Numbered from the stretch's first letter, positions 42,901 to 52,861 are shown. The stretch is DNA of 64,000 bases from an uncultured Planctomycetaceae bacterium (GCA_963833985.1 CAWIAD010000001.1:3264001-3328000); one strand, 5' to 3'. Notes: generated by a model from the letters alone, not told the origin. Numbers and translations: made by a program.

Positions 42901-43650
42901 AAGAAGGCGCTGGGGTTCTACATGTCGAACCATCCCCTGACGCGCCACGCCGCTCTGCTGCAAACGCTGGCGACCCACCGTGTCTCCGACCTGGCCGCGC
43001 TGCCAGACAAGTCCGAGGTCATCCTGGGCGGCATGATCGCCAGCATCAAGATCACGAACGTTCAGAAGAGCCGGTCCGGCCTGACGCGCATGGCGAAGCT
43101 CATGTTCGAGGATCTCAGCGGGATCACGCCGGCCATGCTCTGGCCCGAGGAATATGCCAAGCTTGGCGAGCTGGTGAAGAACGACCTGATCGGCTTCATC
43201 AAGGGGACGCTCGACCGCAGGCGCGAGCCGGCCGAGGTGGTCATCAGCAAGATCATGCCGGTCGAGACGGCCGCGTCCGATCTGGCGCGCGGCGTGGTGG
43301 TGCGGCTGCACAAGGGCGTGCATCAGGAGACCGACCTGGAGCGGCTGCTGCGATTCGTCCGCGTCCGTCCCGGCCATCTCGATCTCTACCTGGAGATCAT
43401 GGGGCTGGAGCACGTCCGCCGCGCCGTCTACCGGGCGGGCGCATCATTGCGGATCCGCTACCAGGAAAAGCTGCTCGCCGAGATGGAAGAGGTGGTCGGT
43501 ACCGGCAACGTGCGGTTGCTGGGCCAGCGCGGGGCCACGACACGCGTGGAATCGCCTGCTCAGACCACCACTCTTGCCCCGTCTTCCGTCTCTGCCACTG
43601 CGGAGCTGGAAGTGGACGAAACTGTGGCCGAAGAGATGGATGAAGACTGA
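39955..43650 (+). CDS. dnaE: DNA polymerase III subunit alpha
   Basis: FVHLHCHSHYSLLDG PHP motif, RGSA, PDIDID, LLKMDFLGL, YGFNKSH. Confidence 0.98.
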   Translation: MSSSKPFVHLHCHSHYSLLDGQSKIPDLIHRVKSLEMPAVALTDHGNLFGAVELLREAKSAGVLPIVGIEAYVAPGKRTDRTVSASGSGDERYAYHLTLLARNGTGFRNLLRLSSRAYLEGYYYKPRIDKEILAQHSEGLICLSGCVGSEFSQLLLRDRVAEAEKLAMWYYKTFGENNFFIEVQNNGLQIQRDCMVRELDVANRLGLPVVATSDAHYLTQDDYLAHDVLLCINTGKTMDQPLDKPRFVADDGKLSDQFHVRSPDEMYDFLPGMDEALAMSQRIALDVEENYGSLGLGKRQFPSFQAPDQKTAEEYLQELCEQGLKERYGDPPPPAARERLEHELGIITRMGFASYFLIVWDFVRYARERGIPASVRGSACGSIVSYVLRLSNVCPMQYDLLFERFLDPNRSEAPDIDIDLCQERRYEVIEYVRKKYGDANVAQIGTFGTMKAKAAIKDVGRVLSIPLPRVEQINRLIPTRLNITLDEALKEEPALRAMVDQDPEIEKLIRFARRLEGSARNASTHAAGVVIADQPLESLVPLQVIRRGDKDEIVCTQWDMGDVEKAGLLKMDFLGLRNLTTLEAAVRLINERHPDAPVDIEKLPLDDTLAFELLQRGETRGVFQLESSGIRDLLIRMKPDRFADIIATNALYRPGPLNGGMVDEYVDVKNGRKQATYLHPVLREVLEETYGVMVYQEQVMRILNRLGGIELSKAYATIKAISKKKTELIAESRGQFVAGAVERGLDREKAVKIFDLIEFFGGYGFNKSHSTAYALVAYQTAYLKSHYPTEYMAAVLTSEMDGAERDKFLVEHIEDCRRMGIEVLPPNINEGVLAFRVGKEGQVHFGLGAIKGVGGKAVEAIIKARQESGPFHSLDDFFERVSTREVSSACAETLIRAGAFDSLGARRSQLLAILPRAIQGGQAKQDDRRRGQRGLFDHLEAGPTNGAGTDGNGNGKSNGRELAAANLPDVPELNDAELLGGEKKALGFYMSNHPLTRHAALLQTLATHRVSDLAALPDKSEVILGGMIASIKITNVQKSRSGLTRMAKLMFEDLSGITPAMLWPEEYAKLGELVKNDLIGFIKGTLDRRREPAEVVISKIMPVETAASDLARGVVVRLHKGVHQETDLERLLRFVRVRPGHLDLYLEIMGLEHVRRAVYRAGASLRIRYQEKLLAEMEEVVGTGNVRLLGQRGATTRVESPAQTTTLAPSSVSATAELEVDETVAEEMDED

Positions 43651-44146
43651 GGTTTGAGGCCAGGCACGAACGGCACAGGCCGATTCCTGTGACCTTCATT
43701 CACAAAATCTTAACGCAAATGCTTGCCAGCCGACGTTAGAATTCGGACTATAAGCTACACTGAAGGTCCGAATTCCGTAGGCCTCATCGTTGGCCAGGGA
43801 TCCGCTCGGCAAACAGCCAAAGGGCGAACGGACGGACCTGCAAGCTCTGGTGTCGTGCTCGGAACTCACGCTCGTCAATCCCTCTATGCCGAACGGCTCG
43901 CAAGTAACCTTGCCTCCTTCACCAGAAATTCTTTTGGAATCCGAGCGTGAAGTTCCTATCTCTTAGAGCACACGCTGTGTGTACCGCGAGGCACGCCTGG
44001 CGCACGAGCGTTGCGGCCGCGGTACCTGGAGTGCTTCCCGCGCCTTCCATCCTGCTGTCTCGCCAGGCGTTTCGGGATGCGACACCATGACTTTCTCCGC
44101 GGATTTACCTCAACCCTTGACGATCTGGAACAATACTTTGAACATC

Positions 44147-44632
44147 ATGCAAGGTTCGAAGGCTCACCTCCGACGCGGAGGTCTCTCGCTCCTGGGCACA
44201 TTGCTCGCGTGCCTTTGCGGATGCGGCGAGCACTATGAGGCCCCCACTGTCTTCCCGGTGAAGGGCCAGGTCCTCCTGTCCGACGGCAAGCCTCTGACGA
44301 CAGGCTCCGTGGTCTTCGTCAACAAGATGGACGTCGAGATCCCGGCCGATATCGGGTCGGATGGACGGTTCACGATGAAGACGCCCTCCGCGGAGGGCAT
44401 ACCTTCTGGCGAATATCGGGTCCGCATCGACCCGGAGCAGCGCAAGGCAGGCGCACCGCGGGCAAAAAAATCCGCCCCCAACCTTCCGTACCCCCCGAAG
44501 TACGGGGATGAAACAACATCCGGCCTGACCGTCACCGTGCAAGCCGGCGAGAATAACCTCGAGCCGTTCAAACTGGTTGCCGGCTCTGCCGGAACGGACG
44601 GCGGGGGCAAGAAGGAAGGCTCAGACAGGTAA
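44147..44632 (+). CDS. Small lipoprotein with carboxypeptidase-regulatory-like domain, typical DUF1559 partner
   Basis: Lipobox-like LCGCG, PVKGQV, DGRF, GEYRV, PKY...TSGL. Confidence 0.85.
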   Translation: MQGSKAHLRRGGLSLLGTLLACLCGCGEHYEAPTVFPVKGQVLLSDGKPLTTGSVVFVNKMDVEIPADIGSDGRFTMKTPSAEGIPSGEYRVRIDPEQRKAGAPRAKKSAPNLPYPPKYGDETTSGLTVTVQAGENNLEPFKLVAGSAGTDGGGKKEGSDR

Positions 44633-44752
44633 GGTCCGGAAGCAGGGCCAACCGCGCATGACGCCGATCGACGTAAGTACTGAGTTCGCGCTGGAAAACC
44701 GTGGTTTTGAATCGAGCATCTGCACATTTTCGCTTACTGGAGACTCGCTTCC

Positions 44753-45850
44753 ATGAGATCTCAACCGAGATCACGTTTGCACCGACCTGCGTTCACCTTG
44801 ATTGAACTGCTCGTCGTCATTGCCATCATCGCCGTGCTCATATCGCTGCTGCTGCCTGCCGTGCAGTCGGCGCGCGAGGCCGCCCGCCGTGCCCAGTGCA
44901 CCAACAACCTGAAGCAGATGGGCCTGGCGATGCACAACTATGAAAGCACCAACGGCTGCTTCCCCCCCTCGGGTGAGTCGACGATGTTCGCCACGACATC
45001 CGGCATCCCCGGTACCCAGTTCGTGGACGGCGGCTGGAACGCCCTTGCCCGCATCTTGCCCTTCCTGGAGGGCAACACCCAGTTCAATGCCCTGAACTTC
45101 AACGTGGACTACAATGAGGCCACGGGCATGAATTTCACGGGCTGCTCAGTCATGGTGTCCTCCTACATCTGCCCGTCCGCCACCCGTCAGCCCGATGGCG
45201 GCAATGACGGCATCGATCCCAACGACCCGATCACCCAGCTCTTCGGCAAGGGTTACGGTTACGACGACTACGGACCGACCTGCTACACCGACATCAACCC
45301 CACTGGCGTGCAGACCGGTTACAGCGCGGCCACGCCGTTCCGCAACAAGGCGTCGCGCATGGACGGCCTGCTCAAGCAGGGCAAGACGCGGCTCTCGGAG
45401 TGCACCGACGGCCTGAGCAACACGATCGCCATCGGCGAAGACGCCGGTCGTGACCCACGCTACCTGAGCCCCTACACCGAGGGCTACCTCGACCCCAATG
45501 GCGATGTCCGGTACATTCTGGGCATGGGCCCGGCGGGCGGCCTGACTCCGGCGCGCCGCTACTGGCGCTGGGCCGAGCCTGATACGTCCTACGGCGTCTC
45601 CGGCCAGCCCAATAACAAGTACCGTCCGGCTTACGAGCAGACCGGCTTTCAACTTCCACCGGGAGCACTGTTGACCGCCGGCAACAACGCCGGTGCCAAC
45701 GACGAGCTCTTCTCTTACCATCCTGGCGGTGTGAACGTCCTCATGGGCGACGGCAGCGTGCGGTATCTGAAAGACTCCGTCAGCGTCGTCACCCTCCGCA
45801 GCCTCGTGACGCTGAGGGGCGGCGAGGTCATCTCGGCGGATAGCTATTGA
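44753..45850 (+). CDS. DUF1559 prepilin-type protein with H-X9-DG C-terminus
   Basis: AFTLIELLVVIAII, PAVQSAREAARR, NNLKQ, DGLSNT, SYHPGGVNVLMGDGSV. Confidence 0.97.
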   Translation: MRSQPRSRLHRPAFTLIELLVVIAIIAVLISLLLPAVQSAREAARRAQCTNNLKQMGLAMHNYESTNGCFPPSGESTMFATTSGIPGTQFVDGGWNALARILPFLEGNTQFNALNFNVDYNEATGMNFTGCSVMVSSYICPSATRQPDGGNDGIDPNDPITQLFGKGYGYDDYGPTCYTDINPTGVQTGYSAATPFRNKASRMDGLLKQGKTRLSECTDGLSNTIAIGEDAGRDPRYLSPYTEGYLDPNGDVRYILGMGPAGGLTPARRYWRWAEPDTSYGVSGQPNNKYRPAYEQTGFQLPPGALLTAGNNAGANDELFSYHPGGVNVLMGDGSVRYLKDSVSVVTLRSLVTLRGGEVISADSY

Positions 45851-45900
45851 TCCGCAACAAGCGTGGCAGATGCCCAGCCCTTTGACCCGCTGAGGATTTC

Positions 45901-45945
45901 AGCCCGGAGCTTCGCCCCACGGCGGACTCCGGGCTCTTTCTTTCC
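45901..45945 (+). terminator. Intrinsic terminator after the DUF1559 gene
   Basis: Stem AGCCCGGAG/CTCCGGGCT followed by CTTTCTTTCC. Confidence 0.7.
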
Positions 45946-45978
45946 TTTCCGGATCTCTGGCGCAGGAACCACAGGGTG

Positions 45979-48891
45979 ATGGATCGTCTGGCCCGGCTCT
46001 CCTGCTGGCTGATCCTGGCCCTGGCGTGCTTCGCGCCTGTGCTCTTCCGCGATCGTCAGTTCGGCTTCCGCGATGCGGCCAATTTCTATTATCCGCTCCA
46101 TCTCCGCATCCAGCAGGAGTGGCGGGCAGGACGGTTGCCGCTCTGGGAGCCCGAGGAAAACGGCGGCGTCCCTCTGCTGGGCGATCCGTCAGCCGCGGTG
46201 CTCTACCCGGGCAAGCTTATCTACGCCGCCCTTCCCTGTCCCTGGGCGGCGCGGGTATACGTGATCGCGCACGTGCTCCTGGCCTACGCCGCCATGTCCG
46301 TGATGCTCCTCGGCTTTGAGGTCTCGCCTTCAGGTGCTGCACTGGGGGCTCTCGGCTACGCGTTCGGCGGGCCGGTGCTGCTCCAGTACTGCAACGTCAT
46401 CTTCCTGGTCGGCGCGGCGTGGATGCCGCTTGCGTTTCATCACGCGCACCGCTGGCTCAGAGGCGGCCAACGCCGGTCGCTGGCGTGGCTGGCGCTGGTG
46501 CTCTGCATGCAGACCCTGGGCGGCGATCCCGAGGCGGCGTATCTGGCGGTTTGCGCGGCCGGGGCTTTCGCAGTCGGTCTGGCGATATGCGCCAAGGTGC
46601 ACCGCCGGCTCCTCAGGCTCGCAATGGTTGTCCGGTCCCTGCTGCTGGTGTACCTGGGGCTCGTAAGCTGGAAGCTCTGGGGTGAAGGGTTCGGACCGCG
46701 GTTGGGCATCGGCTGGGGGCCGACCGCCGAAGAGCTCGCGCTGCGATGCTGGGGAATTGCCGCCGGAGTGATCCTGGTCCGCGGCCTGCGCCGGCGGCGG
46801 GGTCGCGGCGTTGAGCAGAATCTGCTCGGCCTCGGCGGAGCGGCCCTGCTGGCGCTATTGCTCGCCGCGGTCCAGTCTGTACCCTGCCTGGAATTCATCA
46901 GGCATACCACACGTGCCTCCGCCAGCGCGATGACCGCGGGCGTCTACGATTTCAGCATCCACCCGGCCCGCGTGTTCGAGGGACTCTGGCCCAACGTCTT
47001 CGGGACGATCACGCATGGCAACCATCGCTGGCTGGAAGCGCTTCCACCCACCTTTGACCATCAGGTCTGGCTGGAATCGCTCTACATGGGCGGTCCGGTC
47101 CTCATCCTCGCTCTTGCTGCCCTCGGAATGCGCCGCGGGCCGTCGCACCGGGCCTGGCTTACGGCCACGGCTGTTGTCGGTCTCGCCGCCGGGCTGGGGA
47201 CCTATGGCAGCCCGCTCTTCTGGGCGCGAAGCGTGACGTCGCTGGCGGCGCTCGTGGGCGAGCACAGCCAGGCCGGTGAGACGCAAGCCGTGCAAGCAGG
47301 GCTGCCCGACGGCTTCGGCGGAGTCTACTGGTTGCTGGCCACGGCCCTGCCTGGCTTCCACGCGTTTCGTTATCCCGGCAAGCTCCTCGTCCTGGCAAGC
47401 CTGGGGCTGTGCGGGCTGGCCGGTTCAGGATGGGATGAGCTGTGCCGCGTGGGATCGCGGCGCGCCTGGCGACTGACCGTTGCCGGTCTGGCGATCACGG
47501 GCTTGCTCTGGATTGCGCTGCGGATCTCTGCCGTCGACCGGCGATTTCAGGACTGGCTCTCGCTTCATCCCGATCTCACGACCACGGTCTTCGGCCCGCT
47601 TGACGTGCCCGGCGCGGTGGGCGACGTCTCGTGGTCACTGGCTCACGCGGCCGTCGTCCTGACCGCGTGCCTGCTGCTCTTCGGCTGGGCCAGGCGGTCG
47701 CCGCGGCGCGCCGGCAGCGGGCTCCTGGCGCTCGTGACTCTGGACCTGGCCCTGACGACCGCGCCCCTGGTTCACACGGTTCCTCAAAGTCTCTTTGATG
47801 CCAGGGCGCGAGCACTCGACGCCATCGACCGGGCCGAATCAAGCAGCCCCTCAGGCGGTCCGTTCCGCATTCACCGCATGCCCAACTGGGCGCCAGCGCG
47901 CTGGCAGATGGAGGGGGCACCCGACCGCTTCGAGGCGATCGTACAGTGGGAGCGCCAGAATGTGCGAGCCAAGTACGCGATCACGGAGGGACATTCCTAC
48001 ACACTGGCGATGGGCACCGCCGAGATTGCCGGCCTGCTGCCGTTCTTCGAGGTGATGCGTGTCCGGCTGGACGAGGAAACCAGCCGCAAGCATGGATTTC
48101 CCGTGGGTTACCAGGTCGTCTACCACACCCGGCGCGGGTTCGACCTCTGGAACGCCCGCTACTTCATCCTGCCGGCACGCCTCGCACTCGGCAGCCGGTT
48201 CCGCGGCGTCCTGGCGTTCCTGCCGCGGACGACCGAGATCGAACCGCCTCCGGGCGCGTTCGACGGTCCCGACGGAGCTCGGCTGCGGAAGCTCTGGCTC
48301 AGTGATGACGATGTCCAAGTCCTGCGCAACGAGTCCGCATTTCCCCGCGCCTGGGTCGTCCACCGCGCCCGCTTTTCCGCTCCCGTGTCCAGCGACAGCC
48401 CGGCGGAGCTGCACCGGTTGATGGATGAGATGCTCTACCAGGACGACGAGCTCTGGAGTGTCGATGGCCGCAAGGTGTATGATCCCCGTTCGCTCGGCTG
48501 GCTGGAGATGGAGCGCGAGGAGCGGGCGAGCATCGCGCGCGGGCTCTCCGGCGCCGATCCCGATCCGGCCGAGACCGTGACCATTGATCGCTACGAGCCG
48601 CAGCAGGTGGAGCTGACCGCGGCGCTCCAATCGCCGGGTCTGGTGATCCTGGCCGACATCTTCTATCCGGGCTGGGAGCTGATGCTCGACGGTGTGCCGG
48701 CAACCATTCTCCGGGCCAATCATGCGATGCGCGGGGCCCTGGTGCCGGCCGGAACGCACCGGCTTGTCTACCGTTACCGGCCGCGATCGCTCGTCGTGGG
48801 GGCGGCTGGCACGGCACTCGGACTCTTCATCCTCGTCGTGCTACTTGTCCCGCGGCGATCGCGTCGGAACGAACCGTCGTCTCCGGCGTAA
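45979..48891 (+). CDS. YfhO-like polytopic membrane protein (GT-C glycosyltransferase-like)
   Basis: FRDAANFYYP, LPLWEP..GGVPL, FRYPGK, many TM helices, C-terminal ADIFYPGW...LRANHAMRG. Confidence 0.85.
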   Translation: MDRLARLSCWLILALACFAPVLFRDRQFGFRDAANFYYPLHLRIQQEWRAGRLPLWEPEENGGVPLLGDPSAAVLYPGKLIYAALPCPWAARVYVIAHVLLAYAAMSVMLLGFEVSPSGAALGALGYAFGGPVLLQYCNVIFLVGAAWMPLAFHHAHRWLRGGQRRSLAWLALVLCMQTLGGDPEAAYLAVCAAGAFAVGLAICAKVHRRLLRLAMVVRSLLLVYLGLVSWKLWGEGFGPRLGIGWGPTAEELALRCWGIAAGVILVRGLRRRRGRGVEQNLLGLGGAALLALLLAAVQSVPCLEFIRHTTRASASAMTAGVYDFSIHPARVFEGLWPNVFGTITHGNHRWLEALPPTFDHQVWLESLYMGGPVLILALAALGMRRGPSHRAWLTATAVVGLAAGLGTYGSPLFWARSVTSLAALVGEHSQAGETQAVQAGLPDGFGGVYWLLATALPGFHAFRYPGKLLVLASLGLCGLAGSGWDELCRVGSRRAWRLTVAGLAITGLLWIALRISAVDRRFQDWLSLHPDLTTTVFGPLDVPGAVGDVSWSLAHAAVVLTACLLLFGWARRSPRRAGSGLLALVTLDLALTTAPLVHTVPQSLFDARARALDAIDRAESSSPSGGPFRIHRMPNWAPARWQMEGAPDRFEAIVQWERQNVRAKYAITEGHSYTLAMGTAEIAGLLPFFEVMRVRLDEETSRKHGFPVGYQVVYHTRRGFDLWNARYFILPARLALGSRFRGVLAFLPRTTEIEPPPGAFDGPDGARLRKLWLSDDDVQVLRNESAFPRAWVVHRARFSAPVSSDSPAELHRLMDEMLYQDDELWSVDGRKVYDPRSLGWLEMEREERASIARGLSGADPDPAETVTIDRYEPQQVELTAALQSPGLVILADIFYPGWELMLDGVPATILRANHAMRGALVPAGTHRLVYRYRPRSLVVGAAGTALGLFILVVLLVPRRSRRNEPSSPA

Positions 48892-48919
48892 AATCCTTTG
48901 GCGCCGATCCGGCCGGCCT

Positions 48920-51055
48920 TCACTCGCGCCGCGGCAGCTTTTCGATCCGCTCCAGGCCCGCGCGGGATTCCGCGTCCCGCGGGTCGATTGTGAGCGCTGC
49001 GCGGAACTGCTCGGCGGCCTCGCCAAGTCTCCCGGCGCGGGCGAGGGCGGAGGCCAGGAGGGAGTGGTTCGCCGCCCGCGTCGGCTCCATCCGGACGGCC
49101 TCGGTGTACTGAGCCAGTGCCTGGTCGAGCTTGCCTTGCTCTTCCTGTGCCATTCCCAGGTTGATGTGCGGTGAAGCCAGCGCGGGGTCGAGCCGGGACG
49201 CGACGGTGAAATGCTCGATGGCCTGGGAGAGATCCCCGGCCTGTGCCAGGGCAAGCCCGAGGTCGTTCTGGAGCATGGCGTCGAGAGGCGAACGGCGGAC
49301 GCCTTCCTGGAGCACGGCGATCGCCGGCCGGACGCGTCCCTGGCTCAGGAGGGCCCTGGCCAGGTTGCGATGGGCGAGTGGAAACCTTGGCTTCAGGCGA
49401 ATGGCCTCGCGGAAGTGGCCGACCGCCTCGGTGAGGTTTCCCTTCCGCGCCACCAGCGAGCCCAGGGAATTCTGAGCGTCCGCATATCCCGGCTCCAGCC
49501 GCACGGCCTCGGCCACCTCGCGCAGCGCCTCGTCGAACCCGCCCTGCCGCGCCAGCGCCGCGCCCAGCAGGTTGTGGACGTCCGGGTTCCTCGGATCGCT
49601 ACGCAGGGCCAGGGCGTAGTAGGCCATGGCCGATGTCTCGTCGCCTTGACCTGCCTTGATCAGGCCGAGGTTGAAGAGCACGGTGACGTCATTGGAATAG
49701 CCGTGCTCGTACTCGTGCTGCCAGAGAGACGCGGTGGTCTGCCAGGACCTGCACTGACGCCAGCTCAGCGTGGATAGGCCCGCGATCAGCAGCGTCGCCA
49801 TGACCGCGAAGCCAAGGGCCCGGAGGCCTCGGCATTCGGCCCACGGAAGAACGAGGCGGATTGCGTAGGCGAGCACGGCCACCAGACTCATCGTCGCCAC
49901 ATACGTGTATCGGTCGGCCGCGAGCTGGTTGCTGATCCGGACGAGCCCCAGGTTCGGCGCCAGGATCACGAGGTAGGCGAGCCAGGCGACAGGCAGCCCC
50001 GGCCAGCGCCTTCCCGTTCTCAGGATTGCCAGTGTGACTGTTACGATCAGCAACACGCTTCCCAGAAAGGGCCAGCTCATCAGGACCGGCCGGCGCGGCA
50101 GCGGATAGAACGCGACCAGGTCGAACGGCCAGACCGTCTTCGCCAGGTAGAAACAGACTCCGTAGCACGACTGGACGAGCCGTTCCAGCGGCCCGTAATG
50201 CTCGATCGAGATGAGCGATTCATTACTCCTCTTCGCCAGCATGGCCAGCCCCATGAAGAGGATCGCCAGGGCCAGGAAGGGGAGCTTCTCCCCGAGCAGG
50301 GCAAACGACTGGCGGCCGCGGCCTGAGGGTGCATGAATCCGGCGCAGGGGATAGACGTCGATCGCAAGCAGTACCAGCGGTAGAGTGACCGCCACGGCCT
50401 TCGAGAGCAAGGCCGCCGTGTAGCAGCAGAACGTTACGGTCCACCAGACCCGTCGCGTGCGGGTTGCTGGCGAATCAAGCCAGCGAAGGTACGAGAGCAC
50501 GGTCAGGATGGAGAAAAACGCACACGGCAAGTACGGCTGACAGGAGGCCCAGGCGACCACCTCGACCCGGAGCGGGTGCACCGCGAAGAGCGCCGCGGCC
50601 AGTGCGGCCGCGCCCGCGTTGTGGGCATCGCGGCGTGTCGCCCCCTCGGGAAGGTCACAACGCCTGAGGATCTCCTGAAGCAGGGCAAAGAGGGCAAGCG
50701 TCACAGCGGCATGAAGCACGATGCTGCAAAGATGGTAGCCGCGCGGATTCAGCCCGAAGATCACGTACTGGAGTTCCAGAATCATCCAGGCCAGGGGCTG
50801 GTACACTCCCAGGAGGAACGTGGTCCAGGCCCAGCGCAGCTCGTTCCATCCCAGGCCGCGGAACCAGGCATTGTCCAGGAAATTGTCGTCATCGTCGAAA
50901 ATCAGGAAGCCGTTGTTCAGGACGGGCAGAAAGGGGACCACAGCGGCGATCGCGAGTGCGATGACGAGCCACCAGCGGAAGGTCGGGTGAGCAAGCGGGA
51001 AGACATTGCGGTACGGAGCAGCATCGCGCGGCGGTTCATCGCGCTCACTTCTCAT
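48920..51055 (-). CDS. TMTC-like membrane protein with C-terminal TPR repeats (protein O-mannosyltransferase-like)
   Basis: FDDDDN, YQPL, HPLRVEVVAW, LLSK, ADRYTY, then a run of TPR repeats. Confidence 0.85.
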   Translation of the reverse strand: MRSERDEPPRDAAPYRNVFPLAHPTFRWWLVIALAIAAVVPFLPVLNNGFLIFDDDDNFLDNAWFRGLGWNELRWAWTTFLLGVYQPLAWMILELQYVIFGLNPRGYHLCSIVLHAAVTLALFALLQEILRRCDLPEGATRRDAHNAGAAALAAALFAVHPLRVEVVAWASCQPYLPCAFFSILTVLSYLRWLDSPATRTRRVWWTVTFCCYTAALLSKAVAVTLPLVLLAIDVYPLRRIHAPSGRGRQSFALLGEKLPFLALAILFMGLAMLAKRSNESLISIEHYGPLERLVQSCYGVCFYLAKTVWPFDLVAFYPLPRRPVLMSWPFLGSVLLIVTVTLAILRTGRRWPGLPVAWLAYLVILAPNLGLVRISNQLAADRYTYVATMSLVAVLAYAIRLVLPWAECRGLRALGFAVMATLLIAGLSTLSWRQCRSWQTTASLWQHEYEHGYSNDVTVLFNLGLIKAGQGDETSAMAYYALALRSDPRNPDVHNLLGAALARQGGFDEALREVAEAVRLEPGYADAQNSLGSLVARKGNLTEAVGHFREAIRLKPRFPLAHRNLARALLSQGRVRPAIAVLQEGVRRSPLDAMLQNDLGLALAQAGDLSQAIEHFTVASRLDPALASPHINLGMAQEEQGKLDQALAQYTEAVRMEPTRAANHSLLASALARAGRLGEAAEQFRAALTIDPRDAESRAGLERIEKLPRRE

Positions 51056-52094
51056 AAAGCGGCTCGCACGGGATGACGCGTGCCGTTTCGCCGTCGTGCA
51101 CGGCGATCTTACCGGCGGGGTAGATGCTTCCGCCGAAGAACTGGCCTTCCTTGTTCAGGGCATAGAACGACACGTTGAACGTGGTCCTGCCGTCGGCTTT
51201 GCGCCGCTTCGGGTCGCGGATGCTGGTCGCGGCGATGCGCTTGCAGGTTTCCATCACGGCGTCCTTCACGCTCATGCCCCGGCGCAGGTTTTCCACCACC
51301 AGGTAACTGGAGCAGTTCAGCAGGTTCGCCTCGCCCACGCCGGTGGAACCGCCGGAGCCGACCTCGTTGTCGAGGTAGAGCCCCGCGCCGAGGATGGGCG
51401 AATCGCCCACGCGGCCGGGTATCTTCCAGGACAGTCCTGAAGTCGTGGTCGTGCAGCCCAGGTTGCCGTGGGTATCGAGCGCCGAGCAGTGGATCGTGCC
51501 GGTGACGCGCTTTTTTATGTATTCGTGAACGTGCGAGGCGACGGCTTCCGGCGGCGGAGGGACCCAGTCGTCGTTGGGGTCATGGGTCTCCTTCCAGTGC
51601 AGCCAGATCTGCCGGGCCTCATCTGTGAGCAGATTGACCTCGGGAAAGCCGTGCGCCCTTGCGAACCGCAGCGCTCCGTCGCCGACGAGCAGGCAGTGAC
51701 GGGTGCGTTTCATCACCAGCCGGGCCACGGCGGCCGGATGGATAATATTGCGGATGGATGCCACCGAGCCCCCGCCATGCGTCGGGCCATGCATCACGGC
51801 CGCGTCCAGCTCGACGACGCCGTCCTCGTTGGGCAAGCCGCCCAGGCCGACGGAATGGTCCGTCGGATCGGCCTCGACGATGGCCACGCCCGCGATGGCC
51901 GCATCGAGCGGGTCGTGCCCTTCCTTGATCAGGGCCATCGCCTTCTCGACGGCGCGCAGGCCGTTACCGCTGGCCACCACCACCGGCCGCCGGGTTCCCG
52001 TCGGCTTCACGGGTGCCGCACCGATGGCCAGCGTGCCCAGGCTGGCGGCCGTGGTCGATTGCAAGAAAAGGCGACGGTTCACCGATCTGCGCAT
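51045..52094 (-). CDS. N(4)-(beta-N-acetylglucosaminyl)-L-asparaginase family Ntn hydrolase with Tat signal
   Basis: NRRLFL, SVGLGGLPN, ELDA, GTI nucleophile, TTTSGL, GRVGDSP, TGVGE. Confidence 0.9.
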   Translation of the reverse strand: MRRSVNRRLFLQSTTAASLGTLAIGAAPVKPTGTRRPVVVASGNGLRAVEKAMALIKEGHDPLDAAIAGVAIVEADPTDHSVGLGGLPNEDGVVELDAAVMHGPTHGGGSVASIRNIIHPAAVARLVMKRTRHCLLVGDGALRFARAHGFPEVNLLTDEARQIWLHWKETHDPNDDWVPPPPEAVASHVHEYIKKRVTGTIHCSALDTHGNLGCTTTTSGLSWKIPGRVGDSPILGAGLYLDNEVGSGGSTGVGEANLLNCSSYLVVENLRRGMSVKDAVMETCKRIAATSIRDPKRRKADGRTTFNVSFYALNKEGQFFGGSIYPAGKIAVHDGETARVIPCEPLYEK

Positions 52095-52285
52095 CGTGGT
52101 TGCTTCCTCTATGTTGAGCTGCGTGGCGTGGCGTGCGCCGGTCTGCCCTGGTCGCCGCGAACGTGGCCGCTCGGGCGGGACCGCGATGCCCGGCCAATGT
52201 TCACGACGATCTATTCTGCGCCGGGTCCACGAAAGAAAACAGGGCAGGCGGCTTCAAAGGCAGGGTCGGACCCGGGTGGGCCGGT

Positions 52286-52861
52286 TCACTGCCGCGTCTG
52301 GCCTGGCCGTTCCATTCCGGCCAGCTTGGACGGAGAGTTGAGGTAGCAGGTGAAGGCCTGGGCAGCGGAGTGCGCCGTTGTGCCGGCGGCTGGCCTGGGC
52401 GAGATCCGGAAACCGCGGTAAATGGTGCGCGACGACTGGCCCGCTTCGTGGACCGTGATGGAGAAGGTGCAGTTGTGCTCGGCGCCAAGCAGTTCGATGT
52501 CGCGAAAGACGAACCTGGCCTTGCCGCCCGACTCGACGCGTAGCCGCTGGGCTCGGAACCGGCTGCTCCGGTTGCCAGGCTTGACCTCGACCTCACAGCC
52601 TTCGGCACCCAGTCCGGCAATCATCAGGCTGAGCTCGACCGTCTGGCAGTCGGCACACGGTTTGTCTTCCGGCCGGCCGGCCGGCGGATTGCCTGGTTTT
52701 TTTGAGTCCGGGGCTTTCGGTGCCGCGGCGCCATTCTGAGCGGCGGATTTCGCCGCCGGAGGCTGGTCGATTGCCGGCTTCTGTGACCGGGCCACACCGC
52801 CCAGGAGGACGGTCACTACCGCAAGCAGTACCACCGCGGTCATCCCTGACCTGATTCGCAT
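52286..52861 (-). CDS. Secreted hypothetical protein
   Basis: GGGAG RBS, signal peptide, Pro/Ala linker, beta-rich domain with several Cys. Confidence 0.65.
   Translation of the reverse strand: MRIRSGMTAVVLLAVVTVLLGGVARSQKPAIDQPPAAKSAAQNGAAAPKAPDSKKPGNPPAGRPEDKPCADCQTVELSLMIAGLGAEGCEVEVKPGNRSSRFRAQRLRVESGGKARFVFRDIELLGAEHNCTFSITVHEAGQSSRTIYRGFRISPRPAAGTTAHSAAQAFTCYLNSPSKLAGMERPGQTRQ

Noticed and set aside
40861..43413. 850-aa minus-strand ORF
   Set aside because: Antisense shadow of dnaE.
43801..43860. c-di-GMP-I riboswitch-like words (GGCAAAC...GGACG...CAAGC)
   Set aside because: Spacing and stems do not match the motif by eye; it would need an Rfam cmscan hit.
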